Positions 12,771-27,276 of a stretch of DNA of 64,000 nucleotides are shown here, piece after piece. How positions within the stretch are numbered: the first letter of the stretch is position 1; each line of letters starts with the position of its first letter. Under the pieces are notes generated by a model that saw only the letters and a program-made list of their open reading frames with translations, did no database searches and was not told where the DNA came from. The position numbers and the translations under genes were made by a program. Origin of the DNA: Nymphaea colorata (Eukaryota); contig NC_045138.2 of the NCBI RefSeq assembly GCF_008831285.2, positions 372,001 to 436,000 of the forward strand. Direction: 5' to 3'.

Positions 12771-14294
12771 TTAAGTCCCAACTCCAAGAAAGTCTATGAA
12801 TCCAACATTCTTTTGCATGGTACAGGAATCCTCTGGTTCCTCACTGTGGCTGTTGATAACCCTGAACTTCTGCGGACCAGCAGAACTCTCCCCATAGCTA
12901 CTCAGTTCATTCATGGTTGTCACTCCATTGCTGCATTCCTCAGTACTCAAACTAGAAAACCCAAGAAAATTAGGAGGGACTACTCTTCTGTAGTTAACCT
13001 GGCCTTGGAAGCCATTGCTCCAATGACCACCACAGATAGAAGGGTCATGATAGTTATAAGGGAAGAAAGCACTGTCCCTTCTTTCTCCAGGGATAATGCT
13101 CCCTATGATTGTTCTGGTGATCTCCGATGCCGGAAATGCCCAAGAAGCTGCCGCCATCTGCTGCGGCAACACAAGAAACCCGTCTTTGATCTCCTTGCAG
13201 AGGCCTGAATTGATGGTATCAGCAGCTTCTTCGTCTGTGGAAGGCTTGGTTAGAAAGTTGCTCATGGTGATGTCCCCAGGGCTGCTGCTGATGAAGTTGT
13301 GAGACCTTCTCTTCCCAAAGAGGCGGCACCGCTCGCGGCTCCGCCGGGCCATGATCACATGCCAGTGGTTCTTGACAGCATTATCTGTTCTTCCAGGGAA
13401 GAATCTTGCTATGAGAGCCCATTTGTTGCCATGGACCCTGTGGGCATTAAGAAGTCTTTCTTCCTCCTCCTCTGAAAAGGGCCTCCTGTTAATCCTAGGG
13501 TCAAGCTGATTAAACCACCTTAATCTACAACTCTTACCTACAAGCAACAACAAACCCCAGAAAAGAGAAAAAATCAATATCGGCATCCTGTGCTAATTAA
13601 GGAAGTTGTGAACTTACATCAATAATGACAATAATTTAACTGAATCTTTTAGAAAACAAGTTTTAGATCATCGTATGTTTGTTCTTTCATTCAAAAGAGT
13701 TTCTTTTAAGCATATAAACATGCTAACGTTATTCAGAAATGGAGTTTTGATTGTTAAACTGGGTAAACATGGCTGCTTGTGGGGTTTGAGCTCGAAATTA
13801 GACCTCTTGGTTAAGATGGTGCAACTCTACCAGGTCCGCCTTCATTCTGGCCTGGTTATTTTATTATCATCAACTCTAATTTCTCCTCGAGGACATGAAC
13901 ACGATGGGAATATGCTGCGAAATTGACGAAGAATGAAAGGTTTCTTGTTTTTGCTGCTTGACCGTGTTGCTGATTTCAACACTTGTTATTGAAATTCATA
14001 AAGGAGGAAGAAAAGAAGATGAAGAATACCAACTTGTGCAAGAACTTTTGCAAGAGAGAGAGAGAGAGAGAGAGATGTTCTACAGCATGTACCTGAGCGA
14101 CCTTGGAGTTTCTCTGCGATGGAATTCCAATTCTGAGGGCCGTATTGCTCCACGAGCTGTCTGAGCTTTTCGTCCTCTCCTGGCCTCCAGTGGCCGCGGG
14201 GACATGTCTTTGCCTCGTCGACGTTGGTGGCGGTGGTGCCGGTGCCGGTGGTGGTGGTGGTGGTGACTGAAGCGCCACCACTTGCCTCATCCAT
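12771..14294 (-). CDS. R2R3-MYB transcription factor, subgroup 21 (MYB52/54/56/105/117, rice CSA-like); exons 14294..14093 and 13537..12771, 322 aa
   Basis: ATG at 14294 (MDEASGG). A GT..AG intron at 14092..13538 joins GRSG|KSCRLRWFNQL in frame. R2 is GHWRPGEDEKLRQLVEQYGPQNWNSIAEKL and R3 is FSEEEEERLLNAHRVHGNKWALIARFFPGRTDNAVKNHW. The C-terminal FIDFLGVG motif is typical of subgroup 21. 202+767=969 nt, ending in TAA. Confidence 0.95.
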
Positions 14295-14317
14295 CCTTGA
14301 CGACCTCAATCGACTCC

Positions 14318-14329
14318 TCAATTCTTCAT
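14318..14329 (-). promoter_or_regulatory. Minimal uORF (ATG AAG AAT TGA) ending 23 nt upstream of the MYB ATG; same at 3206..3217 in the duplicate
   Basis: Read directly in both copies, downstream of a CTATAAG TATA-like box. Whether it lies inside the transcript is not known. Confidence 0.4.
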
Positions 14330-16056
14330 CTTCTCTGTATCTTCCGATAACTTATAGAAGTTAGAGAGAGAGAAAGAGAGAGGTCACATTAGTGTAGTTT
14401 AGGGGTCACTTTTGTTGGTTCTGCACGATATGAAGGTGCAGGACTTGCGTGTAATCCATTCGTTACAAATTCCCCATCAAACTTACCAATTCCCTAACTT
14501 CCTTAACAATATTCTCTCTCTCTAGCAATTTTGGACAAATTGGTCTTCTTTATTAGTTGGGCCAATGACCAAAATGATCCTTGACTTCTCATATAATCTA
14601 TATTTAGATATTGATGTCTACACAGTGTTGCAACAACCACATTACTAAGTGGTCTATGTTGGTCATCAGACCATTATGGCTGTTCAATAGAATGCCCAAC
14701 TAACAGATCCTCTTTCTCTTCCCTTTCTCTTAAGCTTTCCTGCACGAGAATGTTGAAGCTTATTAGGACTTTGCACCTTATAATTTTGTTCTATTCACCC
14801 TAATAATCTCTGTCCTTTAACCTTATATATAAGATGAGACATTCTATTCTAAATTCTTTTCGAAGATTAGTTGCTTTACAGTGGTTTGGTCATCAGGTAA
14901 AAAGGAGACATACGTGGTAAATCTCAATCCACATCCGACCCTTGAGTTATGCATTTGCTGCCCACCTCATGTAAAGATGTAAATTGTTTGGATCCATGAG
15001 TTTAAATCCATTTTTTACGGATTTAAACTAGAACAAAAAAATTGAAGTTTTGTATGTTGGGTGAGAAGGTGTAGTATTTCATCAAACCGCCCAACAAGAA
15101 ATATGAAACCCCTACCATTTTTCCCATCTCCCTAGAATACCAGGTCTGCTTTCAGTGTCTCACAGTGATGAATATTTCAACTTACATGTCAATGCTCTCT
15201 TTTTGCAACATAAAAAGTTGATGTCCTGAGGACTCGAAATGAAAACTGGCAGTCTACTACTGCCTACCCACCAAAGATAAATAAATAGAAGATTTGTGTG
15301 AATATTAGATTTTTATGAACTAGTCATGATGAAAAGTTCATTTAAGCTGATACCATCTCAAGATTCTTCATCTGATTATGGACCTAGACCCAAAGCCACT
15401 CTGGGTGAATGACTCCTAATGCTAGTTGGGACATTGGGTCCCACACCAGATGGAGATTTGGAGGGGCCAGTAGTGTAGACAAGAAAGACTCAACTCAACT
15501 TAATTAAAGTGAATTGATTTGACTCATTAAGGCACACAGGCAATTACTCTATGGGCTATTAACTTACAGCTTGTTCAAGTAAGGTGGCTTAACCACTGAA
15601 GTTTGGCAGTCATTTCAAGTTAACCATTGATTATGACTTCAAATTTATTTGAAGCTTAGTAAAAAAATGTATTTAATTAAGCAGAAAATTGAGGAGATCA
15701 AGATCAAAAGGGAGCTTGAGACAAAGTGGGACCAAACAGAAGCACTTGGTAAGAGCCAGCATATCACATCAAATATAGTCATTTTGATGAACCCTAAAGC
15801 TACAAGAAATTGCACTTGGAATAACTTTAACCAAGTTGCATGTGTATACCAACCACATTAAGTTGCCTTGATTTGGACTGCAGTCCAGCTGGGCCATCCC
15901 AAATAAGTTCCCTTGGTTAGTTTGCCTTGCCTTTAAATATGCATCCAAAAGGGATTTGATTGCATGTTTGGTCTCATAAAGGAAATCAGTTTCTCTATAA
16001 AGTTGCATCCAGCAAGCCATTTGGGGTGGTGGGTGGATCGGAATTGGATCCAACTG

Positions 16057-16982
16057 TTACCATTCCTGGATCCAGAGAATTAATTGGATCTTTTGTATAG
16101 TTGGATCTGGATTCACATTTGACAGTGGTCTAACCTGTTCCACCTTATGGTCACCTCTTTTGACATTGTAGAACTTAGATTAAACTGAAACCACCAGAAA
16201 GTCCCCAGTCTGTAAGAAGAAAAGCCTCCTCCTTGAAGGGTAAAGAAGGAAATCAATAATTTTTTTTCTTATTTCTTCCATAAATGGTCAAATTACCCCT
16301 CCGACGGGCCGAGCATGTGTGCATGCTTGGCCACCGAACATGCAATGTGCTAGATGTGTCGCACAAGGAATGGTTGGATTCCAATTCACATTAGAGTCAT
16401 GAACAATGTGCCCATCTATTAGTATCTTGTAATTGGTTATATGTTTGGCCCCCAATACGAGCATGCATGCTCATGGTTCAAAATGACCAAAATGCCCTTC
16501 AGAAACAGAGAAACATCCTTGAAGGCAAAAATGAAAAGATAGAAGTACCTATGACAAGGTGGATGTTTGGGTCCAAATGCCCACTGTACCCTCTTAAGTG
16601 TTGCCTATTAATATAAAATTCTCTATTACATCTTCGCGCTCATTTTTGTTTCGATCAAATGGGTTTGAACTACAACAAAATTGCTTTAAGTCAATTTACC
16701 TAGCTAGGTTTATGAATCCCTCACATTTAACGTACTTAATCTAAAAAATCATGACAAAATGAACTCATATCAGATTTTTGATCCAATCCGATCCATTGAC
16801 ATCTCTAGAAACCAACTAGCCAGGTTGCATTTGTCTATGTTCTTCTGATTTCTTCCAATAAGGAGTCAAAGAAAGACAGAAGCTACAAGTGATATGGAAA
16901 GGAGAACAAATCAAACAGAAATGGATAAAATATGGTTATTCTTTGCTCTAAGATATGGTTATTTTATGCCCCACGAAATCAA
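16057..16982 (+). repeat. Duplicated block C (partner 57363..58331, direct)
   Basis: TTACCATTCCTGGATCCAGA ... TTTTATGCCCCACGAAATCAA is colinear in both copies, with indels. Confidence 0.9.
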
Positions 16983-19367
16983 ACTCTGCCTTTTTTCACA
17001 AGTCTTAACTAAATACGTGTTGTTCATTTTTTTTATTCTTTCTGGTATGAGTGTTGAGGGTTTGTTAGTGCATTCAATGCATAACCATTGTGCATCGATC
17101 ACTGCCAAATCTTGCGCGGTTCTGCCTGTGAGTATTTTGATTTTGCTAATTTGTCTTGAACCAGTCAAAAGGAAAATAATACACTCCAATTGGTAAAAAA
17201 AATGTGAAGATGAATAGATGGATTAGAGAGTGTTTGATTCGCTGTTCTTTGTCTGTCACTTGCGTCCTATAAAACACTGTTCTGGTGTTACGAGCATACC
17301 CTAAGGGGTAGTTTGGCAGTAGGACTCATTGTGAATGTTCAGTGAATCTGCCCAAAAAATTGAGAAAAATTAATAGAACAATAGTTCTAGTGTCCAAATA
17401 GATCCATGGTTTCTTATATTAGTTGATTTATCATGCATGCAACAATGGTACAAATTGAGTCTTTCTTTTCTTTATAGCACTGTATAAAAGTTTCGATGTA
17501 TTTATTTATATTTATAAGAGTAGTGGCCAAATACCATTTGGCGGTTGTCTAGTTGTAGATGTCATTTGGTCTATGAAAGGTGACCAAACCCATGATATAT
17601 AATTCCTACGCTGGTTTGACTGACTCGGTTCATTCTAAATGCCCTCTAAGAGGTCGTTTGTAGAAAATAAATTTAAACAAAATATGGACATTCAACTATA
17701 TTTGTAAATACTAATTCAACATAAAAGTCTTTTAATTCAAGTTGTTTTTAACAAAAAACACTTATATATTTTTCTACTATTAAAAATTTGGTGTCATAAG
17801 AACCGTTTATTTTTTATTGTTACTAGAAAGACATATTAATTAAAAAAAAAATTGGACTTAGTGTACGATTTTTCCTAAAACATTATTAAGATCATATCTA
17901 TATGGTTAGGCTATACAACAAAATATTTTAGCAATCAGTTTTTACTGGTCTGGTTTTTTTTCCCTGACCTAGTGATCTGTGAACTACCAATTAGTCATAT
18001 TACATGCACAAATACACGCACACGCACACGCATCATTTTTCTGCAAAAAAAAAAACTGATTTCTTATTGTAATTTTTCATCATATATGATGGTACAGATA
18101 AGCCATGTGGAAATATTGATCTGATCCTGAATCCTTTTCCAGAAATAACGAATTATTAGCCAAAAGTTATTAAAAAGGATTCGTTGTCTTCCCCACCGGA
18201 ACTAATATTTTAATATATCACCAACCCAACGTCTCTCTTAAGAATATTGACATCTAAGCCTGTTAGTTAGAGAAAATAACTTTGTCCCTAGCGTTCGTTT
18301 GGCCCTTCAGAAATTAGATGCTCATATTAAAATCTTCCTGTCGTATTCGTTAAGAGTTTCAGCCAAATAGTTCATGCATCAGTTCATAAGATTTTTATAT
18401 TAGCTTTGTTGACAAAAGAATACTGGATGTTATTTACGTTAGTTCTACCATGTCCTTCAGCCTTGTTAATTAATTAGATATAATAATATCATTTCTTCTA
18501 TCTATTTAGCTACCATTCTTCCAAAAAAAATTATATATATATATATATATATATACCATGTTTTTGACATATAAATATATTTTTCAAGTCACTTGATTTT
18601 ATTATACGTGCCCGTTGGTTTTGAAGTGACATAAAGTTCCTTGCTCACCTTTGCTGGTTGATTCTTATCAAATTCAGATACATATATAAATCACATTTTT
18701 ATGCTTCCGATGAAAATTGTCAAAATATTGAGATTTTATCAGTATTAATTGGAAAATATTCTTACTTGATGTTTATCTAGACCTCTATAAGCTGAAAATT
18801 AAAAATACGCTAATGAGGTCTTTGTGGAACAAATCAAGCATCGGCTCGCATTTTGGCTACCTAATTACTCAACCTTCTTGACACCATAAACAAGAAAGTT
18901 GACAAATTTAATTCATGCATTAATCTTTCTCTAGATCACATGCTACATGGTACTTCAATATTAGCTCTCTCCCATTTTCAAAAAGAAAAAACAAAATTTG
19001 TTACGGATTCTAATCTAACTCTCGAATAAATTATTTAAGTATCAGCAATCTGGATTGTTTAACTAGATGCATCCTCTTGCGCCCAAAAAAAGAAAAAAAT
19101 CATATTCAGGGTGGTTTGGATGTATGAACCGATGACGTATGTGTCTTTGCATAAAAAAAACACCAACTCAAGGCATGGCTTAGAGGACAAGTATGCATGT
19201 AGATATGAAGCGTGAGCTTTTTTATTACTATTTTCCTCTTTGTTCCTTCACCTTGTTACTTTTATATTGGTACGTAGTTAAACTGTCTATCTAATTAAAT
19301 AGTTTTTTATGCGCATGCAGTTGCGTCTCCCCCATTTTTCTTTTGCTCGTGAACGGAGAAAACTCGA

Positions 19368-19415
<48 letters not shown>

Positions 19416-19416
19416 T

Positions 19417-19602
19417 GGACTGTTCGATTTTACAACAGACGGTCCAAATTTCTCCCTCCCTTCCTCTCTGAACCTGCAATGAGCTGCCGGGGGCTCCGGT
19501 TGCAATAAGAGTGGGGAGAGAGGAGAGGAGAGAATCGGGAAGGGAGAGGGAGGGATGCCTGGCCCATCCGATCTAGGATCGGATGGCTCAGATTTGATGT
19601 CC
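19417..19602. mobile_element. Small GC-rich element embedded in (TA)n; probable microsatellite-targeting MITE remnant
   Basis: Termini GGAC...GTCC flanked by TA runs; internal hairpin CCATCCGATC-TAG-GATCGGATGG at 19564..19586. Confidence 0.4.
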
Positions 19603-20008
19603 TATATATTATATATATAAGACTTTCTTCTGTTATTGAGAAACCGTTAAAAGATTAATATATTCTTCAATTCTCTTTCTCATTGGGTGTGAACAGACGG
19701 AAAGGACGATCGGTTGCCCCTTGTGGAAAATCTGAAGGTTTTGGCTTTAAAAGTAAGTCAATACGTCAGTGGTAATTGAAAATTTGGTCGATTGGCTTTT
19801 AATTCTTGACGGGGACACAATCTTTTATTGTGTGTTTGTATGGAATAATTCTTGGCTTAGCCCATTTCGTGCTAGATCGGCTTCGTTGACCAAGCAAACC
19901 CAGTGAATGGGACGAAGTAATTAAGCTGACAAAGCTTGTTAAGCTTTACGGCTGCAAATGGGTAGCTTCCTATAACACGCTTCATTAGAACAAAATTTAA
20001 AAACTTGA

Positions 20009-20724
<716 letters not shown>

Positions 20725-21280
20725 CTCTCTCTCTCTCTCTCTGCACATACTTATTTATTTAAATATTTTAATAATTAATTTTCATGGGTAGGGTTTTTCT
20801 CTTTTTCCCAGGTGGTCTGGTTTTTACTACCTCAAAGGATATCAAATGTTAGAATTTAAGTTGCAAATATAAAAAATAAGTTACTTTTTCAAGAGTCCAA
20901 AGTACCCCTAAGAGAAATTGGGGGTTTTGTTCAAGGGAACTTTTTTGTTTCCTCTCTCTTTCACTCTCTGTCTCTCTCTCTCTTCCTTTGAAGGATATTT
21001 TGGACTCTAAAAAAAACAACTTGTTTTCCATATTTGTAATTTAATCTTCACCATCTGATCTCTTTAAAATTAATTCCATAAACAATTACTCTCAAGTCTC
21101 ATATATGAGAGTCTAATAGCTACCGATTTTTCATTGGTAAGTCCAACAACTCCAGCAAATCTATTCAGTTTACAAGCTGAGGTTAAACCATATTTTTCCC
21201 AACCATACTATTTTGGACGCCAACAACGACAACAACATTCGAAAACCCATCAAAGATTAAATATCTCCCAACCGCAATTT

Positions 21281-21336
21281 CACCACCCACCTTCTCTCTC
21301 TCTCATCTGAATCAACACATGCTTAGTTTCTACTTG

Positions 21337-21394
<58 letters not shown>

Positions 21395-23604
21395 GTGTGT
21401 GTGTGTGTGTTGTCCCCTGCATATGTAAACTTATGATCTGTGAATTAGTTCAAGTTAACAAAGGTTGAGGCAAATATTCCTTCTGAATTTTTCTCTTTCA
21501 GCACCTTTCTAGATCTTTTTTTCAGCTTCAGGCCGTCACCTAACATAGATTGGTATCTTCATTACTTTCAGTTTCTTCTTCTAATCATAACCCATCTATA
21601 ATGCACCAAGAACAATATGTAATCGTTTTCTAAGTTATGGTATTGTGTATGCTTATTTAACAAGAAATATTGCAGCGTCATCAAGATTTTAAGTGTGATA
21701 TTAACAAGAGTAGTGACATCTTGCTTGCCTGCTGAAAAATGAGACTGTAGCTAAAGGTACCACCATGGAATTGAAAAGGAAATTTCTTATCGATTTTTGT
21801 ACTTATGTTGTTTCACGATTGGTTGTTTAGGTTAATCGGTAAACTGAAAGTCAAATAATTTACCTTGTCGCGGTTATCTCATGTTGGATCATTTGGTTCT
21901 AGTTAAAGTTTGTGTTTTCCTTAACGGACATATGTTCTTGATCAAGATCCATGGCCTTATTTATATTTACCATAGATTATTAAGGTTTAATTTTGCTATT
22001 TTTACTGGGCACAAGTAAGGGATTACCAAGTAGAAGAGCATTGCCAAATATTACATGCATATGAGAACCTGAGAATATAATTAAATTATTTTATTCTTTT
22101 GTTACCTTTGACCATGAATTCCATTGTTTTGGATGGCAAATATTTAATCATCTTAGAGCATAGTGAAAGTAACTGCCTGCTACCCAGAATCCAGTCTTCT
22201 TTTTTATTTACCAACATGTGATGATTCTCTCCTAAACAAAATTTTTTTGATGTAGAAGATGAATTTTGCACTTAAACTGATTGTTTTCTAAAATAAAAAC
22301 ACTCTAGAAGGAGATGTGTTGTTGCCAACCTGCACATAGCCCAGAAAAAAAAACAATCTGCAACACAAGTCAAGGATAACTTCTCCATTTAGCATCTCGA
22401 TGGAGCTTAATTTATTTATGAGCACACAGAAAACAGACTAAAAAAGCTCAATTTCCATTGCTTTAAACAAGTAGCAATTGGATTACAGTTGTGGTAGTAG
22501 GAAGTTGAAATGAAACCAATTGTCATGAAATTGCTAAACAAAAGAAAATTTTCTAATGAAAGATATCATTACAACAGCGCCATTTTCACAAAGACGTAAA
22601 GAAAAATTTAGAATCAATATGATTTTCATATTCAAATAATTAAGAAACTTTTAAAAAAGTCTCAAAGAATTATGACAATGATTCCATGATCATATTACCG
22701 TTACTTTTGAATTGTAAACAAGTTATAAATGTCAGTATATTTCCAATATATCAGGTCTAGTATTTGGTAATTTGTAGTTAGCATATGTTAATGATATGAA
22801 GTTTCTCAAAAGTACATTTCAAGATTGAAATTAATGCTTGTAATGCATGAGATTAGAGGTGAATGATGAAGTTGTCAATGTACAGATACCAAGAACCCAT
22901 CATGCTTACAGTGGAATCTATGACTTGTTTAAGTTTAGCTACAGTATTTGATTAGTATAGCTCTTTGATTTAAAATTGCGAGCAAAGTTGGTATCCATCA
23001 AAACAACTTGTCACTTCGTTAGTGATGTTTAATCAAACTCAACAAATAGAATTTTTAAGAAAGAAAAGGCAAAAGCAAAAGCAACTTTTCATAAGGAGAA
23101 ATTACTTTGCAGATAGCTTTTTGTTTCTTTGCCGGCCTTACGAGTAGCTAAAGCTACCTAATCCCCCATATAGGATGTCCAAATTAATGAATGTGCCAAT
23201 TTATGAACATAAGGTCGATTAGAACGCACAATTAAGGAGATTAGCATTAGTGGCAAATAATGTTACCCTTTTTATTTCAAGAACTTGACATGAATAGATG
23301 TTTCACAGGAATGCATGTTCATTCTCATCCAATAGAAGGAGTGCATTAATTTGAATGCATACAACATTTGCTTTTGGGCATTAGTTAGAATTAGGAATTG
23401 AATGTTGTGGTTCAGTGTCCTACCAAAATCTTTTTATTCAAAGTAGAAAGTGCACCAATTTGGGAGGGTTCTTTCTGGTGAAACTGCAAGTGCTTGAGCT
23501 GTCAATGGCCATTTGGAGACTTAAAGCTTGATGAAGTCACTTCTTTGAAGCAGCAGAGGGTTGGTGCACATCTCCCCATAACCCAAAAAATGTGAGATCA
23601 TATT
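21281..23604 (+). repeat. Duplicated block B (partner 54919..57364, direct), non-coding
   Basis: CACCACCCACCTTCTC ... GTGA.ATCATATT is colinear over 2.3 kb, roughly 90% identical by eye. Confidence 0.92.
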
Positions 23605-26600
23605 GGAGGTGTAACACTACCCAAATGTGCAGATTAAGAGTTAAAATTGGATCCTGTTGAAGTTTTGGTTTTTATTTTCAAGGATCTATGTATATACTTC
23701 TGTGTCATATTATTTGTTATGCTAGTCGATAGCCTATTTTTTAAACACAAATTGAAGCTAATCGGAAGGTTTATTATGAGTGAGAGGATTACGACCCACT
23801 GCGCTGCCCGAGACAACCTTTTTTCTACTAGAGGGCTTATTGAGATCTACCATGCTCAAGTGAGTCAGTTTTGGGTCAGGTTAAATGATGATCATTTTTA
23901 TGCATAGTCACAAATAATGTTTCGAAGTGTTAAACAGTGAATTTTTTCTCACGTATAATACGGTGAACTTGAAAAAAGGGAGAAGATACGGTAGATTTTT
24001 AAAAAGTTAAAAAAATAAAATAAAAACTAAAAATAGGAGAAAATAAAATAGGTGAGAAACTAATAACACAAACATCAAAAGATAAGTAGATTTGCAATAA
24101 ATAGAAAATAAAAAATGAAAAAAAACTGTTTGGCTTTAAAACATGAAAAAAGTAAAAAAAAAAAACAGAAAAACGCATTTTTTTGTTTTTAACGTTTTTT
24201 CAAAAAATGCATTAAAAATGTATTTTGTCATTTTTAACGTTTTAAAAAAACGTGTTTTTAAATTTTTAAACAGAAATTTAATTTATCCTGATATTTTTGT
24301 GTTTTTTTGGAAAAGAATGTGTTTTTTGTGACTATGTTTTTATGTATGTGTATATGTATGTATGCACATATTTATATATGTATATGTACATGCATACGCG
24401 TGCATGATGTGTGGAAAGTGGAAGTGAGAGTTGTTTTCTATTCATGACAAGGACTTGAGTAATTGGAGCTGTTATGTGTTATTGGAAACCAAACTGATGC
24501 TTGCATTGATTACTATTCACTCCCCATTATAACAAAGGTCAAGTATTGATCCTTCATTCAAACAATGTGGGTGAATATTTGGAGTCATCACGATCCAGGG
24601 ATTTGGAATGAAAAAAATGAAAAAGAAAAGGCAGAGATCTAAAAACCAAATTATAATCAAAGAGATGAAAATAAAGGAAATGACTAAAACCTAGGCATGG
24701 CTCAGCCAAGAAGAATGACATGTTCAGTAGAATGATCAGGAAATTTCCACCTAGAGACCCAACTTTAGACTTAAGTTCAAAAAAAGGGCTTCACATTTTT
24801 ATTTTTGTAATATACGCCCAACTTTTGATGATAATGTAACAGACATGGACATGGTGGTCCTTTTAAATTTAAAAAAAATATATTCACCATCATTAAAAAA
24901 AAAGTCTTTAACTTGTCTCATATGTTAATAGAGTTAGGGAATAATGCTAAAGCTGGGTCTTTATTTGACTTCATCAATAAATTTGAGATTTAAGAAATCA
25001 TAAACATAAGAACACGACTTGGTTCTTTGCCCTTCCACCTCCGATGGTGAAAGGGTCCAACACCTTACGACACATGGTATAGTTTTCCCACATGTCATCA
25101 CGTGGTGTGGTCGTCGTAGGTGAAAGACTATAATAAACAAGATACTCTGTGAACATAAATTTTGTTTCAGGCCGATTATGACCAAGAAACCATGTCCCTA
25201 AATGGAACTTTGTGCAAAGATCCTTGTGCTCTGTAAAATTCAAATAATTGCCCTCTTTACATTATTTTAATCAAAGAACAAGGAACTTGTATAAGGCAAA
25301 TCAGGAAAATCTATCCACACGGGCGTACATAGGATTTAAGTAAATCCCTATTCACGTTTGAACATTTCTCCTTCACTTTTTTTTTCTAAGTATCAAAGTT
25401 CATTACCTAGTAAGGTGTACTTTATTGGCATTGTTCTCATAAGCAAATATGCTTCAGAATAAATTTAATGATGAATTTATATTCTTAATCCCACTACAGC
25501 AAAGATGAGACAAGCAGGTTATATGGAGAGAAGCCATGGAGCATAACCCGGCTGTTTGGCAACAGGGATACTCTGTGATTGTCACATGAATTTGCCTCAA
25601 AGATTGGTGCAGACTCATGGGTTATCAAACATGATACTAAAAGGCTTCGTCTTCTTACCAAACCTGTTGATGTTGTTGTTGAAACCTATTGATGCTGTTG
25701 TCCATTGCATTGTCACAGTATTTGATGAGACCCACTGCATATTGCTACTGTTAGTGCAGAAGAGATTTGGGTATAGTTTGGATGACAATGATAGAAAATG
25801 GGTTTTGTGAAAACCTGATTTTGTAACTCAGTTTCAATTTGGTTCTAGAAATTTAGTTTTTGGATGTTTGGATGGCAGGCTAAAACTTAGTTTTCTAGAC
25901 TTTTGCTCGCTTAATACCGTTTGGATGAAATTAACATGGTTTCGCCATGTTTTAAATTTGAAAAATGAATCTAAAATTAATTTGTATTAGATCTAAATAG
26001 GCCAAATCTAAACTCAGTTTGCTCATTGAGTTATTTTTTGGAGATAATAACTTGGTTTTCTGATGTGTTAATTTTTTTTAAAAAAAATCTACTATTAATT
26101 CGTATTGAATCTAGAATAACCAAATCTAACCTTAATTTTACATGTTGCATAAAAATATTGGATAACAATACCAAAATTAGGTCTAGACCCAAATCCATGA
26201 AGCTGAAATAGACAACTTGTGAAACTAATGGTGTAATTAATTATACTCAGAGATTAATAGTAGATTTTGAAATTCTTGGAGAAACAAAGAAATGCTTTTC
26301 TTTTTCTAAGATGTTTACAAGCGTTTAAAAAAAAAAAACTCAAAAGTGCACCAAACAAACGATTTCCTCCTTAACTCTAATTTTTCATAAAATATGAAGA
26401 TATTTCACTCAAAGCAACCAGTAACAAAAACCTCTATAATCAGCGAAATAGAATTAGCATGTCCTCATGAAATTTACCAAGGACTAATAATCATAAAAAT
26501 AAGACAAATTAAGTTATTCATCAAACAGTATTTTCTACAAATTAAATTAAACCATGTTAACTAGTCAGTAAATAAAACCTTTTCCCCCTACCCCAGAGTC

Positions 26601-26811
26601 CACGGCTGCTTGGGGGCCTTGATGGGAAGCGACACCTGTCAACTAAGCATTGTGCACCGAGTGTTTGCAGTCCATAGGTAGGAGTACAGAGATTAAACTG
26701 ATGATCGGACTTTCACTACAGTCGAATTGGACTTTCACTACAGTCGAATTTGAAGTTAGAGCACCCATTGTTAGCAACAGTTTGCAAATGATTATGATTT
26801 GCGCTATGCCC

Positions 26812-27276
26812 TAGAGATGTCAAACAGATGGAATACAAATTGGATATAACCTTTGTTATACCTGATTTGTCATATCTTCACATATTTGGATTTGAATACG
26901 AATGGAAAAAAAAATATTATACCATATCCCGATCCTATATTTTTAAATTTATAATGCAAATATGAACAAATCCAACTTTTATTTTCACATTCGAATTCCA
27001 ATCAAACTTTTAAAATATACAAACGGATCTGAACCGACAACGTTCAAAACATATAGATGTTGAAAATAAGATAATCAGTTCTATTTGAATCCTGAATCCA
27101 ATCCGATATTATTTAAAACTGAATTTGATGCCAATTGCATGTCATTCATAAATCTTAATTCTGATATTCAATTTGACTTACCAATCAGAATGTTGAAATT
27201 TCTTTTTGCCATATATGCTTTTCTTAAAGTAGGTTGGTGAGATATCCAATCCAAATCGGATCCATTGACATCCCTA
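26812..27276. mobile_element. MITE with TAGGGATGTCAA-type termini and ATCCG/CGGAT subterminal motifs
   Basis: Termini TAGAGATGTCAA ... TTGACATCCCTA. Relatives at about 51740..52048, 52500..52751 and 53117..53339. No clear TSD. Confidence 0.65.

Noticed and set aside
12813..13302. 131-aa and 68-aa plus-strand ORFs overlapping MYB exon 2
   Set aside because: Antisense shadows of a real coding exon, with no recognisable motif.
26708..26750. Short tandem duplications (22 bp here; about 28 bp at 53355..53406; about 51 bp at 59716..59808)
   Set aside because: Ordinary slippage or repair duplications with no further structure.
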